From: Paenibacillaceae bacterium
GTDB taxonomy: Bacteria; Bacillota; Bacilli; Paenibacillales; UBA4045
Direction: 5' to 3'
DNA: 56,824 nt
NCBI GenBank assembly: GCA_040904605.1
Contig: JBBDTA010000014.1
Coordinates: 1 to 56,824, forward strand
Both the position numbers and the translations under genes were made by a program. This document shows, piece by piece, positions 45,488-56,795 of this stretch; position 1 is the stretch's first letter, and each line of letters starts with the position of its first letter. The notes beneath the pieces are model-generated. The model was not told the origin of the DNA. It searched no databases and saw nothing but the letters and a program-made list of their open reading frames with translations.

Positions 45488-47317
45488 TTATATTGACTTC
45501 AGTTCTTTCTCCAAGGATATAATCTCCATGCCAATTTGCGCCGCTCTCAGCATATCTCCAGATCGCATAGCTTGACTCTGATCTTCCTTTTTCTGCCTAA
45601 TTGCTTGTTGTTTGGGGTACTTCTTAATCTCTCTAATGTAATCATCAATCACCTGTGCATGAATACCTGCGCCTGTTTCTGTCATTAACATAGCACTAGC
45701 AATATTAACGAGGCTCTCGTCTTCAAGTCTGGTGATAAACCGACTGGGATCAGGTTCATTGCCCTGAGCATAATAAGCATATAGATAAGCAGCAATGGCT
45801 GCATGAGCTTCGACATGAAATTGATCAGCCAGATGTTCCTGGACGTACATAGCTACTTCACGATCCTCCATCATAATCGTCAGCAGCTTCCGTTCTGCAT
45901 TGTGGTAGGCGGGTAGTAAGGAAGGAACGCCTTTCTTGCCGCTTTCACCCTGCATAACATTATTCCACGGAATTTCGTTCTTATCCCTATGACGCTTTAA
46001 ATTTTGTGATTGTTGCCGGAGCTGATGTAGTTGTTCATGCAAAGCTTCCATTGTGTATTGAAAGTCAACCGATAATTCTCGCAGATAAAATTCTCTCTCC
46101 GTTGGTGATTGCAATTCAGCAATGATCTTTAATGCTGCTTGAATGTACTTAAGCCTTCCTTCATCGCCTCTCGCTGGAAAACTCCTGCGGAGATAAATCA
46201 GTCTATACTTCGTAGCTGGCACCGCACTCTGAATAATATGCTGCTGAAAGGCGTCTTTACCATGCTGAGCAATATAGTCATCTGGATCAAGTCCATCTGG
46301 CAATTGGGCTACACTGACGGAACAGCCTTCCTTCTCTAATAGATCCAGACTTTTGTAAGCAGCGGCTAATCCGGCCTGATCTCCGTCATAGCAAACGATA
46401 ACCTGCTCTGCCAGTCTTCGAATAATACGAGCATGCCACTCCGTTAGAGCAGTACCCATTGTTGCTACACCATTCTCCGTTCCTGCTTCCCAAGCTCGGA
46501 TCACATCACCAAACCCCTCAAAAATAACTACAACCCCGGATTTGCGAATGGCTGATCTTGCGCGATGAAGATTAAACAAAGTACGACTCTTGTTGAACAC
46601 AGGTGTTTCAGGTGAATTCAGATATTTGGGTTGACCCTCACCAACGATTCGTCCTGACAGAGCAATCGGTTTTCCTTGATTATTGTGAATCGGGAACATG
46701 ATTCGATCACGGAAGCGGTCTACATACCCACTATGATCTTGCTTAGCTGATATAAGTCCACCCTTCTCCATCAATTCCGAATCAAATTGATTCTTGGCCA
46801 GGTAACGGACTAGAGTATCCCAAGAAGCAGGAGCATAACCAATCTGAAATTCTTCAATCAAATGATCTGTAAAGCCCCGAGCGCGCAAATATTCGAGAGC
46901 AGCGTGACCTTCGACAGAGTTCTTCAGCACATAATTGTAAATTTTTACGGCAAGCTCATGTGCTGCTATGATTGTAGAGAATTCCTTCTGTTCTTCCGAT
47001 TCCTGAACAGAAGTTTCTTCCCATTGAACAGAAATTTGTGCTTCCTTGGCCATATGACGAACGGCCTCTGGGAAGGAATAGCCTTCAATATCCATTACAA
47101 ACTTGATAACATGCCCCCCAGCCCCACAGCCAAAACAACGAAAAATTTGTTTCTCTGGCGAGACGGTGAATGACGAAGTTTTCTCAGAATGGAACGGACA
47201 TAGACCTTTGTAATTCCGCCCTTGCTTCATAAGATGAACATACTTGCCAACTGTCTCCACAATGTCGTGATGCTTGAGTACAGCGGCAATCACTTCTTCT
47301 GGAATTTTATTAGACAT
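45488..47317 (-). CDS. dnaG: DNA primase
   Basis: CPFH...CFGC zinc finger, KYLNSPET, EGFGDV, YDGD and DPDD TOPRIM motifs. Confidence 0.97.
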   Translation of the reverse strand: MSNKIPEEVIAAVLKHHDIVETVGKYVHLMKQGRNYKGLCPFHSEKTSSFTVSPEKQIFRCFGCGAGGHVIKFVMDIEGYSFPEAVRHMAKEAQISVQWEETSVQESEEQKEFSTIIAAHELAVKIYNYVLKNSVEGHAALEYLRARGFTDHLIEEFQIGYAPASWDTLVRYLAKNQFDSELMEKGGLISAKQDHSGYVDRFRDRIMFPIHNNQGKPIALSGRIVGEGQPKYLNSPETPVFNKSRTLFNLHRARSAIRKSGVVVIFEGFGDVIRAWEAGTENGVATMGTALTEWHARIIRRLAEQVIVCYDGDQAGLAAAYKSLDLLEKEGCSVSVAQLPDGLDPDDYIAQHGKDAFQQHIIQSAVPATKYRLIYLRRSFPARGDEGRLKYIQAALKIIAELQSPTEREFYLRELSVDFQYTMEALHEQLHQLRQQSQNLKRHRDKNEIPWNNVMQGESGKKGVPSLLPAYHNAERKLLTIMMEDREVAMYVQEHLADQFHVEAHAAIAAYLYAYYAQGNEPDPSRFITRLEDESLVNIASAMLMTETGAGIHAQVIDDYIREIKKYPKQQAIRQKKEDQSQAMRSGDMLRAAQIGMEIISLEKELKSI

Positions 47318-47365
47318 GTACTCCTCTATTCTGTATAAGTAGCTTCCAAATTGCCACGTATAACT

Positions 47366-47392
47366 ATTCGCTAAACGGATTTATTCTCCTGC
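47366..47392 (-). promoter_or_regulatory. SigH-like promoter upstream of dnaG
   Basis: Minus strand GCAGGAGAA-N11-AGCGAAT; the B. subtilis sigA operon has SigH promoters in this region. Confidence 0.55.
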
Positions 47393-47862
47393 AAGTGTGT
47401 CAAAACTTTTGTCATAGATTGTAGAAAATAATTTCGGTCTTCCTCGGTAAAAGCTTTAGGTCCGGAGCCACGGGCATACTTCCCACTTCTTCGTTGTTTC
47501 GCAAGCTCATGTCTGCGTTCTAACATAAAATCAATCGTTTCATTCTTATACAATTGGCCGCGATTGGATAGTGTAATCGCTCCTTTAGCAAGACCAATCG
47601 TAGCAAGACCGTAGTCTTGGGTAACGAGTATGTCACCTCGAGATATTCGGTTAGCAATATATAGATCCACAGATTGATCAGAACGGTCAACCTGAATGAC
47701 TGTCACGCCTTCTGTAGCAGGAGCCATTCGATGATCGAAGGAGGCAACAATAACCACCTCAACCTTAAATTGCTTTCCCACGGTAATGATCTCCGTTTTT
47801 ACTGGGCATGCATCCGCATCTACGATTATCTTAAACGGTAACGACTGAATAACGATCACCAA
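47371..47862 (-). CDS. yqxD: YaiI/YqxD (DUF188) family protein
   Basis: IIVDADACPVK and DILVTQDYGLA motifs. Confidence 0.9.
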   Translation of the reverse strand: MVIVIQSLPFKIIVDADACPVKTEIITVGKQFKVEVVIVASFDHRMAPATEGVTVIQVDRSDQSVDLYIANRISRGDILVTQDYGLATIGLAKGAITLSNRGQLYKNETIDFMLERRHELAKQRRSGKYARGSGPKAFTEEDRNYFLQSMTKVLTHLQENKSV

Positions 47863-47919
47863 ACATTCCTAATTTACTTGTCATCATATATATACGAGAT
47901 ATTTAGTTGAAATCCTTTT

Positions 47920-49995
47920 TTAGGACCACACGATTCTGGAGAAGTCAGCAAAGGAGAATATAGGCTTCGCAACAGCTGCAAGCAATGCTAATCTCGCTTG
48001 ACGGAGTTCCATATTGTCTGTCATCACCATCACAGCATCAAAATATGGATTGATCCTATCCTTCAATCGGGTCAGAATCTGCAATGCCTCTGCTTCTTGC
48101 CCCTGTTGCATCCTCTCCATATATAATATATGAATGGATTGTGACTCTTTGTATAGATCAAATTCCACTTGTTCCTCGAATATCGCTGTATTCATAAGCT
48201 CATCGCTAGACTTGGCGGCCAAATTATGAACACGATTGAAAGCATCCACGATAGATTTGGCTTCTGTGGTCCCAAGAAAGTCAGCTAAGGCTTGTGCTTT
48301 GCGAATAACGGCGGGTACTGAGTCTATACCTGGCTCCATAGCAGCATCTGCGATATCGTAACGCACTTTATCGGATAGAATATTTTTCATTCGAAGTGAG
48401 AAAAAGTCATACATGTCTGTGTGAATCTCATCGCTTGTCCGTTTTAACGGAATTTGCAATTGAATGACCTCAAGTGCGCTTCGGAATAAATCTCTCAGGG
48501 ATAACGAAAGGTTATGCTCGATCAATATTTGAACAATCCCTGTCGCTTGTCGACGTAATGCATATGGATCCTGAGAGCCTGTTGGGATAATACCTATAGA
48601 GAAGCAACCTGCAATTGTATCCATCTTGTCGGCAATACTAATGATTGCTCCAACGATCGATGCAGGCACTTGATCTCCAGCAAACCGAGGCAGGTAATGT
48701 TCATTCATCGCTCGTGCAACCTGCTCTGATTCCCCAAGCTTACGTGCATAATCTTCACCCATCACACCTTGAAGCTCGGGGAATTCATAAACCATCTGGG
48801 AAACAAGATCGAATTTGCAAATTTGAGCAGCACGTTGTATAGACGGCAGCTGCTCTTGTTCTACATGAATAATGTGAGCAATACGGTTGGTGAGCGCTTC
48901 AATTCGTCGCACCTTATCCCCAATCGTTCCCAGCTCTTCATGGAATACAATCGTCTCAAGTCGCTTCAATGCATCGCTAATCTGCATCCTCTGATCTTCT
49001 TCGTAGAAAAATTTAGCATCCGACAAACGTGCCCGCAGTACTTTCTCATTACCTTTTGCCACTTGCTCCAGCGCTTGTGTATTCCCATTACGAATCGTTA
49101 CGAAGTAAGGTAAGAGCTGACCGTTCTTATCCAGTACTGGGAAATATCGTTGATGCTCACGCATCGACGTAATTAATACCTCTTGGGGAATCGTCAGGAA
49201 CTCGGGCGCGTAATTCCCATACAGGATTGTTGGATATTCAACCAAGAACAATACCTCTTCTAACAGATCTTCCTTCATTGCGATGTGCCAACCTTTGTCA
49301 GCCGCTAAATTCTCTATCTGTTGAACAATCATCTTCTTGCGCTGATCAATATCCACAATAACGCTCTGCTCACGCAAGCGTTCGACATACACCTCGGGCG
49401 AGCTAATCTCTGTATCTACACCAAGGAAACGGTGCCCCTTGGTTAACCGTCCAGCTGTAACACCCGTAATTTCCAATGGGATCACATCCGAACCGAACAA
49501 TGCAACCATCCAACGAATAGGTCGAATGAATTTCAGCTCATAGAAGCCCCATCGCATATTCTTAGGGAATGCCATAGATTGAATTAAATCCTGTAAGTGC
49601 TTGGATAGCAATTGTATGGTCGGTGCTCCTTTGCTGCTCTTTCTTGCATACATATATTGAACATCAGCAACTTCCTTCACATACACATCATGCTCGGTCA
49701 CGCCTTGACCTTTCATAAAACCCACTGCAGCCTTCGTCCATTGCCCTTGTTCATCCTGGGCAATTCGCAGGGAAGGACCTTTTACTTCCTCGTCGAGATC
49801 CGTTTGTTGCTCATTCATATTACTAATCATAACGGCCATTCTTCTAGGCGTTGCATAGAGTTGAACGGTTGAGAACGAAATTCTGGAGTCGGTTAACCAT
49901 TTCGTCAGCTTCTGTCCAAGTTGTTCGGCTGCTCCACGTATAAATCTTGCTGGCACTTCCTCCATGCCAATTTCCAATAACAGCTGCTTTGTCAT
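47920..49995 (-). CDS. glyS: Glycine--tRNA ligase beta subunit
   Basis: [37 protein letters not shown] and [10 protein letters not shown] motifs. Confidence 0.97.
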   Translation of the reverse strand: MTKQLLLEIGMEEVPARFIRGAAEQLGQKLTKWLTDSRISFSTVQLYATPRRMAVMISNMNEQQTDLDEEVKGPSLRIAQDEQGQWTKAAVGFMKGQGVTEHDVYVKEVADVQYMYARKSSKGAPTIQLLSKHLQDLIQSMAFPKNMRWGFYELKFIRPIRWMVALFGSDVIPLEITGVTAGRLTKGHRFLGVDTEISSPEVYVERLREQSVIVDIDQRKKMIVQQIENLAADKGWHIAMKEDLLEEVLFLVEYPTILYGNYAPEFLTIPQEVLITSMREHQRYFPVLDKNGQLLPYFVTIRNGNTQALEQVAKGNEKVLRARLSDAKFFYEEDQRMQISDALKRLETIVFHEELGTIGDKVRRIEALTNRIAHIIHVEQEQLPSIQRAAQICKFDLVSQMVYEFPELQGVMGEDYARKLGESEQVARAMNEHYLPRFAGDQVPASIVGAIISIADKMDTIAGCFSIGIIPTGSQDPYALRRQATGIVQILIEHNLSLSLRDLFRSALEVIQLQIPLKRTSDEIHTDMYDFFSLRMKNILSDKVRYDIADAAMEPGIDSVPAVIRKAQALADFLGTTEAKSIVDAFNRVHNLAAKSSDELMNTAIFEEQVEFDLYKESQSIHILYMERMQQGQEAEALQILTRLKDRINPYFDAVMVMTDNMELRQARLALLAAVAKPIFSFADFSRIVWS

Positions 49996-50879
49996 GGACT
50001 TATCGCCCCTTTGTTTTGTAATAACGGGAAGCCGAGACGTTCTCGCTCCTCCAGATATGTCTGTGCAATCTGACGCGCCAGATTACGGACTCGTACAATA
50101 TATCCGGTTCGTTCCGTAACACTTATCGCACCACGAGCATCTAATAAATTGAAGGAATGAGAACATTTTAATACATAATCATAAGCGGGAAAAACAAGCC
50201 TCTCGGCCATAGCACGACGCGCTTCCTCCTCGTACATACTAAAGAGTGAGAACAGCATGGTTGAATCTGATACTTCGAATGTATATTTGGAATGCTCGTA
50301 CTCTGCTTGATGGAATACATCACCATACGTAATTCCATTCACCCATTCAAGCTCATACACATTCTCTTTATCCTGAATATAGGAGGCAAGTCTCTCTAAA
50401 CCATATGTTATCTCTACAGCAACTGGATTAGCATCGAGACCGCCTACCTGTTGAAAATACGTAAATTGAGTAACTTCCATCCCATCCAGCCATACTTCCC
50501 AACCGAGTCCCCAAGCACCTAGAGTTGGAGCTTCCCAGTTATCTTCAACAAATCGAATATCATGGAATGAAGGGTCAATACCTAGAAGTCTCAGACTATC
50601 TAGATAAATCTCCTGTATATTGTTGGGTGATGGCTTCATGATGACCTGGAATTGATGATGCTGATAAAGGCGATTCGGATTCTCACCATACCGACCATCT
50701 GCAGGCCGACGAGATGGTTCAACGTAGGCTACGTTCCAAGGCTCGGGTCCAATGCTTCGCAGGAAGGTCATCGGGTTCATTGTACCCGCACCCTTCTCTA
50801 CATCGTATGGCTGAACAATCATACAATTCTGATTGGACCAGAATTGCTGCAGCGTTAAAATCATCGTTTGAAAATTCAT
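49992..50879 (-). CDS. glyQ: Glycine--tRNA ligase alpha subunit
   Basis: [26 protein letters not shown] and EITYGLER. Start ATG 50879. Confidence 0.97.
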   Translation of the reverse strand: MNFQTMILTLQQFWSNQNCMIVQPYDVEKGAGTMNPMTFLRSIGPEPWNVAYVEPSRRPADGRYGENPNRLYQHHQFQVIMKPSPNNIQEIYLDSLRLLGIDPSFHDIRFVEDNWEAPTLGAWGLGWEVWLDGMEVTQFTYFQQVGGLDANPVAVEITYGLERLASYIQDKENVYELEWVNGITYGDVFHQAEYEHSKYTFEVSDSTMLFSLFSMYEEEARRAMAERLVFPAYDYVLKCSHSFNLLDARGAISVTERTGYIVRVRNLARQIAQTYLEERERLGFPLLQNKGAISP

Positions 50880-50924
50880 CGAATACCCCCTAATATACTT
50901 CATTCATCTATAGCCTAATATGCA

Positions 50925-51164
50925 CATCAAAAAACTCCCGTTCCTGCGTCTGAATCAGACATAGGGACGAGAGCTATCTCCCGCGGTTCCACCCTAATTG
51001 GCAACATTCTGCAAGCGAAGGTTGCCCTCTTTTCGTGGTGCTGGCACTCCGGAATGCCATTCATCGATACGTAAGTACCGGGCTTACACTATCCCCAGCT
51101 CGCTATAATTACGCAACCCGACTACTCTTCTCCATCATAGTGCCTAATAAATACTTTACTTTTG
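50925..51164 (-). promoter_or_regulatory. T-box riboswitch (Gly specifier) upstream of glyQS
   Basis: T-box AATTAGGGTGGAACCGCG at 50982-50999; stem I with AGTA and GA motifs; GGC specifier at 51056-51058; terminator with U-tail at about 50929-50975. Confidence 0.93.
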
Positions 51165-51170
51165 GTAAGC

Positions 51171-51199
51171 ATTATATCATGTCTACTAAATCGAGTCAA
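51171..51199 (-). promoter_or_regulatory. SigA promoter of the glyQS leader
   Basis: Minus strand TTGACT-N17-TATAAT with TGn extension. Confidence 0.85.
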
Positions 51200-51215
51200 A
51201 AATAAGACTGCTCAG

Positions 51216-51965
51216 CTATACACCATACTTCTCGATCTGATCCATCACATGCTGCGAGCGCCATTGTATACCGATGTGTGTATCCAGAAAAGCACGCATG
51301 ACCTGTTTCAATAATAGCTTGGTTTCAAGCTTCACTTCTACTTTTCCCAAACGATTGAGATCAACCTTAGCCAATAACCGTAATAACTTTAATAGCCCAT
51401 CAGTTATTTCTAATGCTTGTGGATAATTCGTTACACAGTTCACACATAACAAACCTCCAAGTTGAACATTTAACCTGGGATGATTGGTATCTGTGCCACA
51501 TGATGCGCATTTATCGAAATTCGGTGCATAACCAGCTTGAATGAGCATCTTCATCTCGAACAGATGAGTGATCATCTGCGAGTCCTTCCCATCCTCTATA
51601 CTATCTAGTGCAGCTTTTAATTGCTCATAGATGAATGGATTGGGCTCATTGTCGGTGAGTATTCGGTCAATCATCTCAGCCATGTAAGCACTGTATGCAG
51701 TAAGAATCAAATCTGCTCTCAATCGATGGTGACTCGAGATGATGTCAGCATGGTTCAGTGTACCCATCTGTGTTCCGGTTTTGAAGAACACAAATTCACC
51801 GTGTGTGAATAGCTGTGCGATCGCGGAGTGCCGACTGTTCATTTTCTTAGCACCTCTAACCATTACGCCAACTTTTCCGACATCTCGGGTGAATAATGTA
51901 ATAATCTTGTTGCTTTCCCCATAATCCATACTCCGTATGACAATACCTTCTATACGGTGCAACAC
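51216..51965 (-). CDS. recO: DNA repair protein RecO
   Basis: GIVIRSMDYGESNKIITLFT, RGAKK, and CxxC...CxxC zinc motif. Confidence 0.95.
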   Translation of the reverse strand: MLHRIEGIVIRSMDYGESNKIITLFTRDVGKVGVMVRGAKKMNSRHSAIAQLFTHGEFVFFKTGTQMGTLNHADIISSHHRLRADLILTAYSAYMAEMIDRILTDNEPNPFIYEQLKAALDSIEDGKDSQMITHLFEMKMLIQAGYAPNFDKCASCGTDTNHPRLNVQLGGLLCVNCVTNYPQALEITDGLLKLLRLLAKVDLNRLGKVEVKLETKLLLKQVMRAFLDTHIGIQWRSQHVMDQIEKYGV

Positions 51966-52002
51966 GATAATCGCCTTCTTCTCCCAAACGATTGGTCATA
52001 TT

Positions 52003-52152
52003 CTATATATAATTGCCTGTGGCTTGATCCTCCTCATCCATGAGCTCATCCTCAGCATCACGATTATTGTTAATCAGATGCATATCTTTATATAGCAGGT
52101 AAGCATCGACATCTCCAGTCAGTGTAAAATACTCCCACGAAAAGGTTCGCAT
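52003..52152 (-). CDS. yqzL: YqzL-family small protein (49 aa)
   Basis: Not in the ORF track. Translation MRTFSWEYFTLTGDVDAYLLYKD..., between era and recO as in B. subtilis; GAGGA RBS. Confidence 0.85.
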   Translation of the reverse strand: MRTFSWEYFTLTGDVDAYLLYKDMHLINNNRDAEDELMDEEDQATGNYI

Positions 52153-52197
52153 TCGGTATCCATCCTCTCGAAAATGACTATGCAGTTGTTATAGAGA

Positions 52198-52227
52198 TAG
52201 GATGAGACGAAAGAGGGGAAACTATGC
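52198..52227 (-). promoter_or_regulatory. SigG-like promoter upstream of yqzL-recO
   Basis: Minus strand GCATA-N18-CATCCTA. Confidence 0.45.
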
Positions 52228-52266
52228 CTTGGAATGACTACCAATCCAATCCAGTTCTGCCCAGTC

Positions 52267-53178
52267 TTATTCGTTGCGATAACCAAGATCTTTTAATGAC
52301 CTCTCATGATTTCGCCAATCCTTCTTCACCTTAACCCATATTTCTAAGAACACCTTGGAGCCTAATAGCTTCTCGATATCATGTCTGGCTAACTGACCAA
52401 CCTTCTTGAGCAGCGCACCCTGCTTACCAATGATGATCCCCTTCTGTGAATCTCGTTCGACATAGATGACAGCGGATATATGCACGATACCATTCACCTC
52501 CACCTTCATATCCTCAATAAAGACGGCGATTGAATGAGGGATTTCTTCATGCGTGAGGTGAAGAATTTTCTCTCGGATAAGCTCTGCGCAGATAAATTGC
52601 TCAGGGTGATCAGTAATCTGATCAGACGGATAGTACTGTGGTCCTTCCGGAAGATATTTGACCACAACCTTGAGCAGCGTATCCACGTTATGACCTACTA
52701 ACGCAGAGATCGGTACAATATCAGCGAATGGGTATAAATCCTTGTAAGCGGTTATCGCTTCGAATACATTCTCAGGTTGAACCTTATCGAGCTTATTGAG
52801 CACTAGGATGACGGGTGTTTGGATGTTCTTCAGTCGTTCAATAATGAACCTGTCGCCACCACCTAAGCCATCTACAATATCAGCTAGGAATAAGATGACA
52901 TCCACTTCCTCGAGTGCGCCCAAAGCAGATTTCATCATATAATCGCCAAGCTTTGATTGCGCTTTGTGAATTCCTGGTGTATCAAGGAACACAATCTGAT
53001 GATCATCCTGTGTATAAACCCCATGAATTTTATTACGTGTGGTCTGTGGTTTGTCAGACATAATGGCAACCTTCTGGCCAAGCACTTGATTCATCATGGT
53101 TGACTTGCCTACATTGGGTCGACCAATAATTGCCGCGAATCCACTCTGAAATTTACTCTTCGTCGTTGACGTGTTCAT
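52267..53178 (-). CDS. era: GTPase Era
   Basis: [24 protein letters not shown] and KH-domain IIGKQG motifs. Confidence 0.97.
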   Translation of the reverse strand: MNTSTTKSKFQSGFAAIIGRPNVGKSTMMNQVLGQKVAIMSDKPQTTRNKIHGVYTQDDHQIVFLDTPGIHKAQSKLGDYMMKSALGALEEVDVILFLADIVDGLGGGDRFIIERLKNIQTPVILVLNKLDKVQPENVFEAITAYKDLYPFADIVPISALVGHNVDTLLKVVVKYLPEGPQYYPSDQITDHPEQFICAELIREKILHLTHEEIPHSIAVFIEDMKVEVNGIVHISAVIYVERDSQKGIIIGKQGALLKKVGQLARHDIEKLLGSKVFLEIWVKVKKDWRNHERSLKDLGYRNE

Positions 53179-53196
53179 GAATACTGCCTCCTGATA

Positions 53197-53254
53197 TATT
53201 GAACATCCTATTGAACATCCTATTGTTTGGTACGAATTACTATTGCGAATTACT
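53197..53254. repeat. Short tandem duplications in the cdd-era spacer
   Basis: TATTGAACATCC x2 plus TATTG (53197-53225); CGAATTACT at 53233 and 53246. Confidence 0.7.
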
Positions 53255-53262
53255 CTTACAGA

Positions 53263-53691
53263 TTACTTTTGTGAATCATTCAATCGTTCTAACGATTTGG
53301 GACCGAATGCGCCGGGTAACAATTGTGAGACAGTGCTCTGTACCCATTCCCCCTGTATATTGCCCATGAATACAGGCATGTCAGGAGAGCAGAGCTCAAT
53401 TAATACTTGGCGACATACGCCACAAGGACTGACGGGATCTTGCATATCAGCGACAACAGCCATCATTCGAAAGCTGCCTGCTGTTGCTCCATCTGCAATC
53501 GCTCGGAATAAAGCGGTACGTTCCGCACAATTGGTTGGAGCATAAGCTGCATTCTCTACATTGCAACCAGCATGTATATGTCCATTGCCATCCATAAGCG
53601 CAGCACCGACTTTAAACTCAGAATAAGGAACATATGCATTCTCTCTTACTGCGACCGCTGCTTCCTTCAGCTTCCGGATGTCCATCTCCAT
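53263..53691 (-). CDS. cdd: Cytidine deaminase
   Basis: AYVPYSEFKVGAA, GCNVENA, CAERTA and PCGVCRQ motifs. Confidence 0.96.
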   Translation of the reverse strand: MEMDIRKLKEAAVAVRENAYVPYSEFKVGAALMDGNGHIHAGCNVENAAYAPTNCAERTALFRAIADGATAGSFRMMAVVADMQDPVSPCGVCRQVLIELCSPDMPVFMGNIQGEWVQSTVSQLLPGAFGPKSLERLNDSQK

Positions 53692-54044
53692 GTAATACCT
53701 CCAATGATATGGTCACCCACAATGATGATTCCTACAGCAATTGCAAAGAGTGCACACACCAATACGGCAGCTGCAGCGCAATCCTTGGCCGCTTTGGCAA
53801 TCGGATGTTGATTGGGCATAGCCAGATCAACCGTTTTCTCAATAGCTGTATTCAATAATTCACTAACAATAACGAGTGTTATCGCGAGGAACATCAATAT
53901 TAATTCGATTGCAGATAAATCAATTACGATGGCAATAATGAGAGTAATGACAGCGATCGTCGTGTGGATTCGCATATTACGTTCATGAATTAAACTAAAA
54001 CCATACCCTTCACGAGCGTGACGAAGACTGTCTATTAAGCGCAT
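53667..54044 (-). CDS. dgkA: Diacylglycerol/undecaprenol kinase (DgkA family)
   Basis: ERNMRIH, ELLNTAIE..VD and AKDCAAAAV motifs. Confidence 0.92.
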   Translation of the reverse strand: MRLIDSLRHAREGYGFSLIHERNMRIHTTIAVITLIIAIVIDLSAIELILMFLAITLVIVSELLNTAIEKTVDLAMPNQHPIAKAAKDCAAAAVLVCALFAIAVGIIIVGDHIIGGITWRWTSGS

Positions 54045-54051
54045 TAGGTAT

Positions 54052-54543
54052 TCACCTCGTCAGTCCAATTTGGGTCAATATCTGTTCCTGTTTAGCAATC
54101 ATGATCTGCTCAGCCGCTTCATCCTGATGATCATACCCGATCAGATGTAAGAAGCCATGTACGAATAAGAAACTAATCTCTCGCTCTAATGAATGTCCAT
54201 ACTCTTTACTCTGCTCCAGCGCTCTTGGAATGGATATGACAATATCGCCCAATAATTCGGCATCCGGTGCCTCTTCCCAATCCTCGTTGTTGAACATAAT
54301 AATGGGCTCATCTGTTTCATTCTCAGTTAATGCAAAAGAGAGTACATCCGTCACTTTATCCAATCCACGGTAATTCTTATTTAATTCACGGATGGCTTCG
54401 TCATCCACGAAGGACAATGCCACTTCCCCATCCTTAATACCTTCCATCTCTCCAGCTAGATGCAGAATCATCTTGAGCTTATCGATCCAATTACCAGGAA
54501 TCTCTTCCTTCAACTCACTGTTCCATTCTAATGTTAAGCTCAT
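54052..54543 (-). CDS. ybeY: rRNA maturation endonuclease YbeY
   Basis: TDVLSF, LGDIVIS and HGFLHLIGYDH motifs. Confidence 0.96.
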   Translation of the reverse strand: MSLTLEWNSELKEEIPGNWIDKLKMILHLAGEMEGIKDGEVALSFVDDEAIRELNKNYRGLDKVTDVLSFALTENETDEPIIMFNNEDWEEAPDAELLGDIVISIPRALEQSKEYGHSLEREISFLFVHGFLHLIGYDHQDEAAEQIMIAKQEQILTQIGLTR

Positions 54544-56795
54544 ACTTGTGCACCCCTTTTATCTTTGTGCGAAATGGATTGATTAGGCAAATCTTCAGGA
54601 TACTCTATTCTCGAATGGAATATCCCTAATAGTGTCTCCTTCAGGCTGCGAGCTACCAAATCCAATTCCTTCATGGTTAAATCACACTCATCGAATTGTC
54701 CATCATCTAAGCGAGCTTTAATAATTTTGCGAATCATCGTATCGATTTGCTCTTTGGTTGGATTCCGCATGGAGCGTACAGCAGCTTCTATACTATCAGC
54801 AATCCCCACGATCGCCGCTTCACGAGTTTGTGCCTTGGGCCCAGGGTAACGATATTCAGCCTCATCAATAACCGTCTCTGTATCTCCATCCTGTTCCAGC
54901 TGCTTCATCGCTTTATGATAGAAGAACACTAACAATGATGTCCCATGATGCTGCTCGGCAATATCACGAAGCGGTTTAGGCATACGATGGTTAAGCAGCA
55001 TATCCACACCATCGCGTGCGTGAGCAATAATGATGGATTTACTAAGTGATGGGTCCATCTGATCATGTGGATTCTCGATATTCGTCTGGTTTTCTATGAA
55101 ATAGCTTGGCCGTTTGGTTTTCCCTATATCATGATAGAAAGAACCGACTCGGCATAACAATCCATCAGCACCAATGGCCTCTGCAGCAGATTCCGACAAA
55201 TTGCCAACCATCACACTGTGATGATAAGTCCCAGGTGTCTCGGTAAGGAGCTTACGAAGCAAGGGATGATTCGGATTTGAAAGCTCAACAAGCTTGAGTG
55301 GAGACAGAATACCAAAGGCGATCTCGAAGAATGGAAGCAGGCCAATAACTAGAACCGCTGTAATCATCCCCCCAGTGGTTGAGAAGGCGATTGAATATAA
55401 CACATTCTTCAGTGAATACGAATTCTCAATTAGAATAAATGAGATGGAAGATATTGTTGCAAAAGCACAAATCAATATACCTGCTCTTAATATCGTTGAC
55501 CTCTGACTTACCTTATGAATAGCAAAGATCGATACCATACATACAACAGCAGCTACAAAGCCATAACGATAATCGAAAATAAGATCGTTACGAACATTCA
55601 GAATAATACTTGCTAATATACTGAATATCATGGAGGAGATAAAGGCGATTTGGGCATCCAATAAGATCGTAATCAGAATGCTCCCTAATGCTACTGGAGC
55701 CATATATCCGATGTATGGAACATCCGCATCCTGACCAAGAGAAATAATCACAATACTGATAATCGTCAGTATATGGATCAGCAATAGCATGAGCAGATGT
55801 ACATTATTCGCCATGATAGCAAGCTGACTTTGGCGAATGAACATATACAGCACGAAGACGAACAATGATACCATTATCAGCATGCCGAGATGAGGCCAGA
55901 GGTTTGTTGAATTCTTCAGTACATCCAAATCCTGTAGGAGATCATAATTTTCTGCTGTGATTCGTTGACCCTTAGCGACGAGCACATCACCTTTCTGCAC
56001 ATAGATCGCTTCAGTCATCTCAGCTGCTTGAATTCTAGCTTCCTTGGTGGCTTCTTCATCATAGAATCGATTCGAAGTCAGTGCAAATCGAGCTATCTCC
56101 TGTACGATCTCTCGAGCATTCTTGTTCGACAATTGTGAAGCATTGACCATCTCAGGTACCTTGGTACGTGATGCTAGTGGATCATTATTCCTTTCAAGCA
56201 TCAGTTTAGTTACAATACTCTTAGTTACAAATTTCATCTCCGATATTTCCTGTGCAGAGATTTTTGGTATCTTGAAGTATGTTTCTTCTGGTATACGATA
56301 TTCATAGTCTGCCATTTGAGCTTGAATTTCTTCAAGCATAGCCTCTTTATATAGATCACGATTATCACGAATATAACGATCTGTGTAATCTTTGAATAAT
56401 TGAGGGAACTCGCTCCGATATATCGCTATTTTGTCATCGTTGCTCATTAAGGTATCCGGGTTAAGCTGCTCGATCTTATTAAAGACTAGCTCTACGATTT
56501 CCTCATTCCTCAATTGAATCACGGTTTGTACGGGCTGTACATCCTCAGATGCATCCGCTTGGGCACGTAAGGTCGCAGCTTTATTCTCAATCATTCGTGG
56601 TGCAAGGATAGATTTACTACTAATGCCATTCAGTTTAATATCATAGGTCTCTTGTATCAATTTGGGAGAAACGGACAGGTAGTACAGCACAATGAATGAG
56701 AAAAACAATAGAACACGAACACTTCTACTATTCTTCCATCTATTCACCTTTTGGCGCCATTTATTCTGTTGTAATCGATTTATGTTAGGTTCCAT
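54540..56795 (-). CDS. pgpH: 7TM-HD phosphohydrolase; c-di-AMP phosphodiesterase PgpH (YqfF)
   Basis: Extracellular domain, seven TM helices, PGTYHHS, YHDIGK, HHGT and ADSIEAA motifs; upstream of ybeY. Confidence 0.9.
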   Translation of the reverse strand: MEPNINRLQQNKWRQKVNRWKNSRSVRVLLFFSFIVLYYLSVSPKLIQETYDIKLNGISSKSILAPRMIENKAATLRAQADASEDVQPVQTVIQLRNEEIVELVFNKIEQLNPDTLMSNDDKIAIYRSEFPQLFKDYTDRYIRDNRDLYKEAMLEEIQAQMADYEYRIPEETYFKIPKISAQEISEMKFVTKSIVTKLMLERNNDPLASRTKVPEMVNASQLSNKNAREIVQEIARFALTSNRFYDEEATKEARIQAAEMTEAIYVQKGDVLVAKGQRITAENYDLLQDLDVLKNSTNLWPHLGMLIMVSLFVFVLYMFIRQSQLAIMANNVHLLMLLLIHILTIISIVIISLGQDADVPYIGYMAPVALGSILITILLDAQIAFISSMIFSILASIILNVRNDLIFDYRYGFVAAVVCMVSIFAIHKVSQRSTILRAGILICAFATISSISFILIENSYSLKNVLYSIAFSTTGGMITAVLVIGLLPFFEIAFGILSPLKLVELSNPNHPLLRKLLTETPGTYHHSVMVGNLSESAAEAIGADGLLCRVGSFYHDIGKTKRPSYFIENQTNIENPHDQMDPSLSKSIIIAHARDGVDMLLNHRMPKPLRDIAEQHHGTSLLVFFYHKAMKQLEQDGDTETVIDEAEYRYPGPKAQTREAAIVGIADSIEAAVRSMRNPTKEQIDTMIRKIIKARLDDGQFDECDLTMKELDLVARSLKETLLGIFHSRIEYPEDLPNQSISHKDKRGAQV

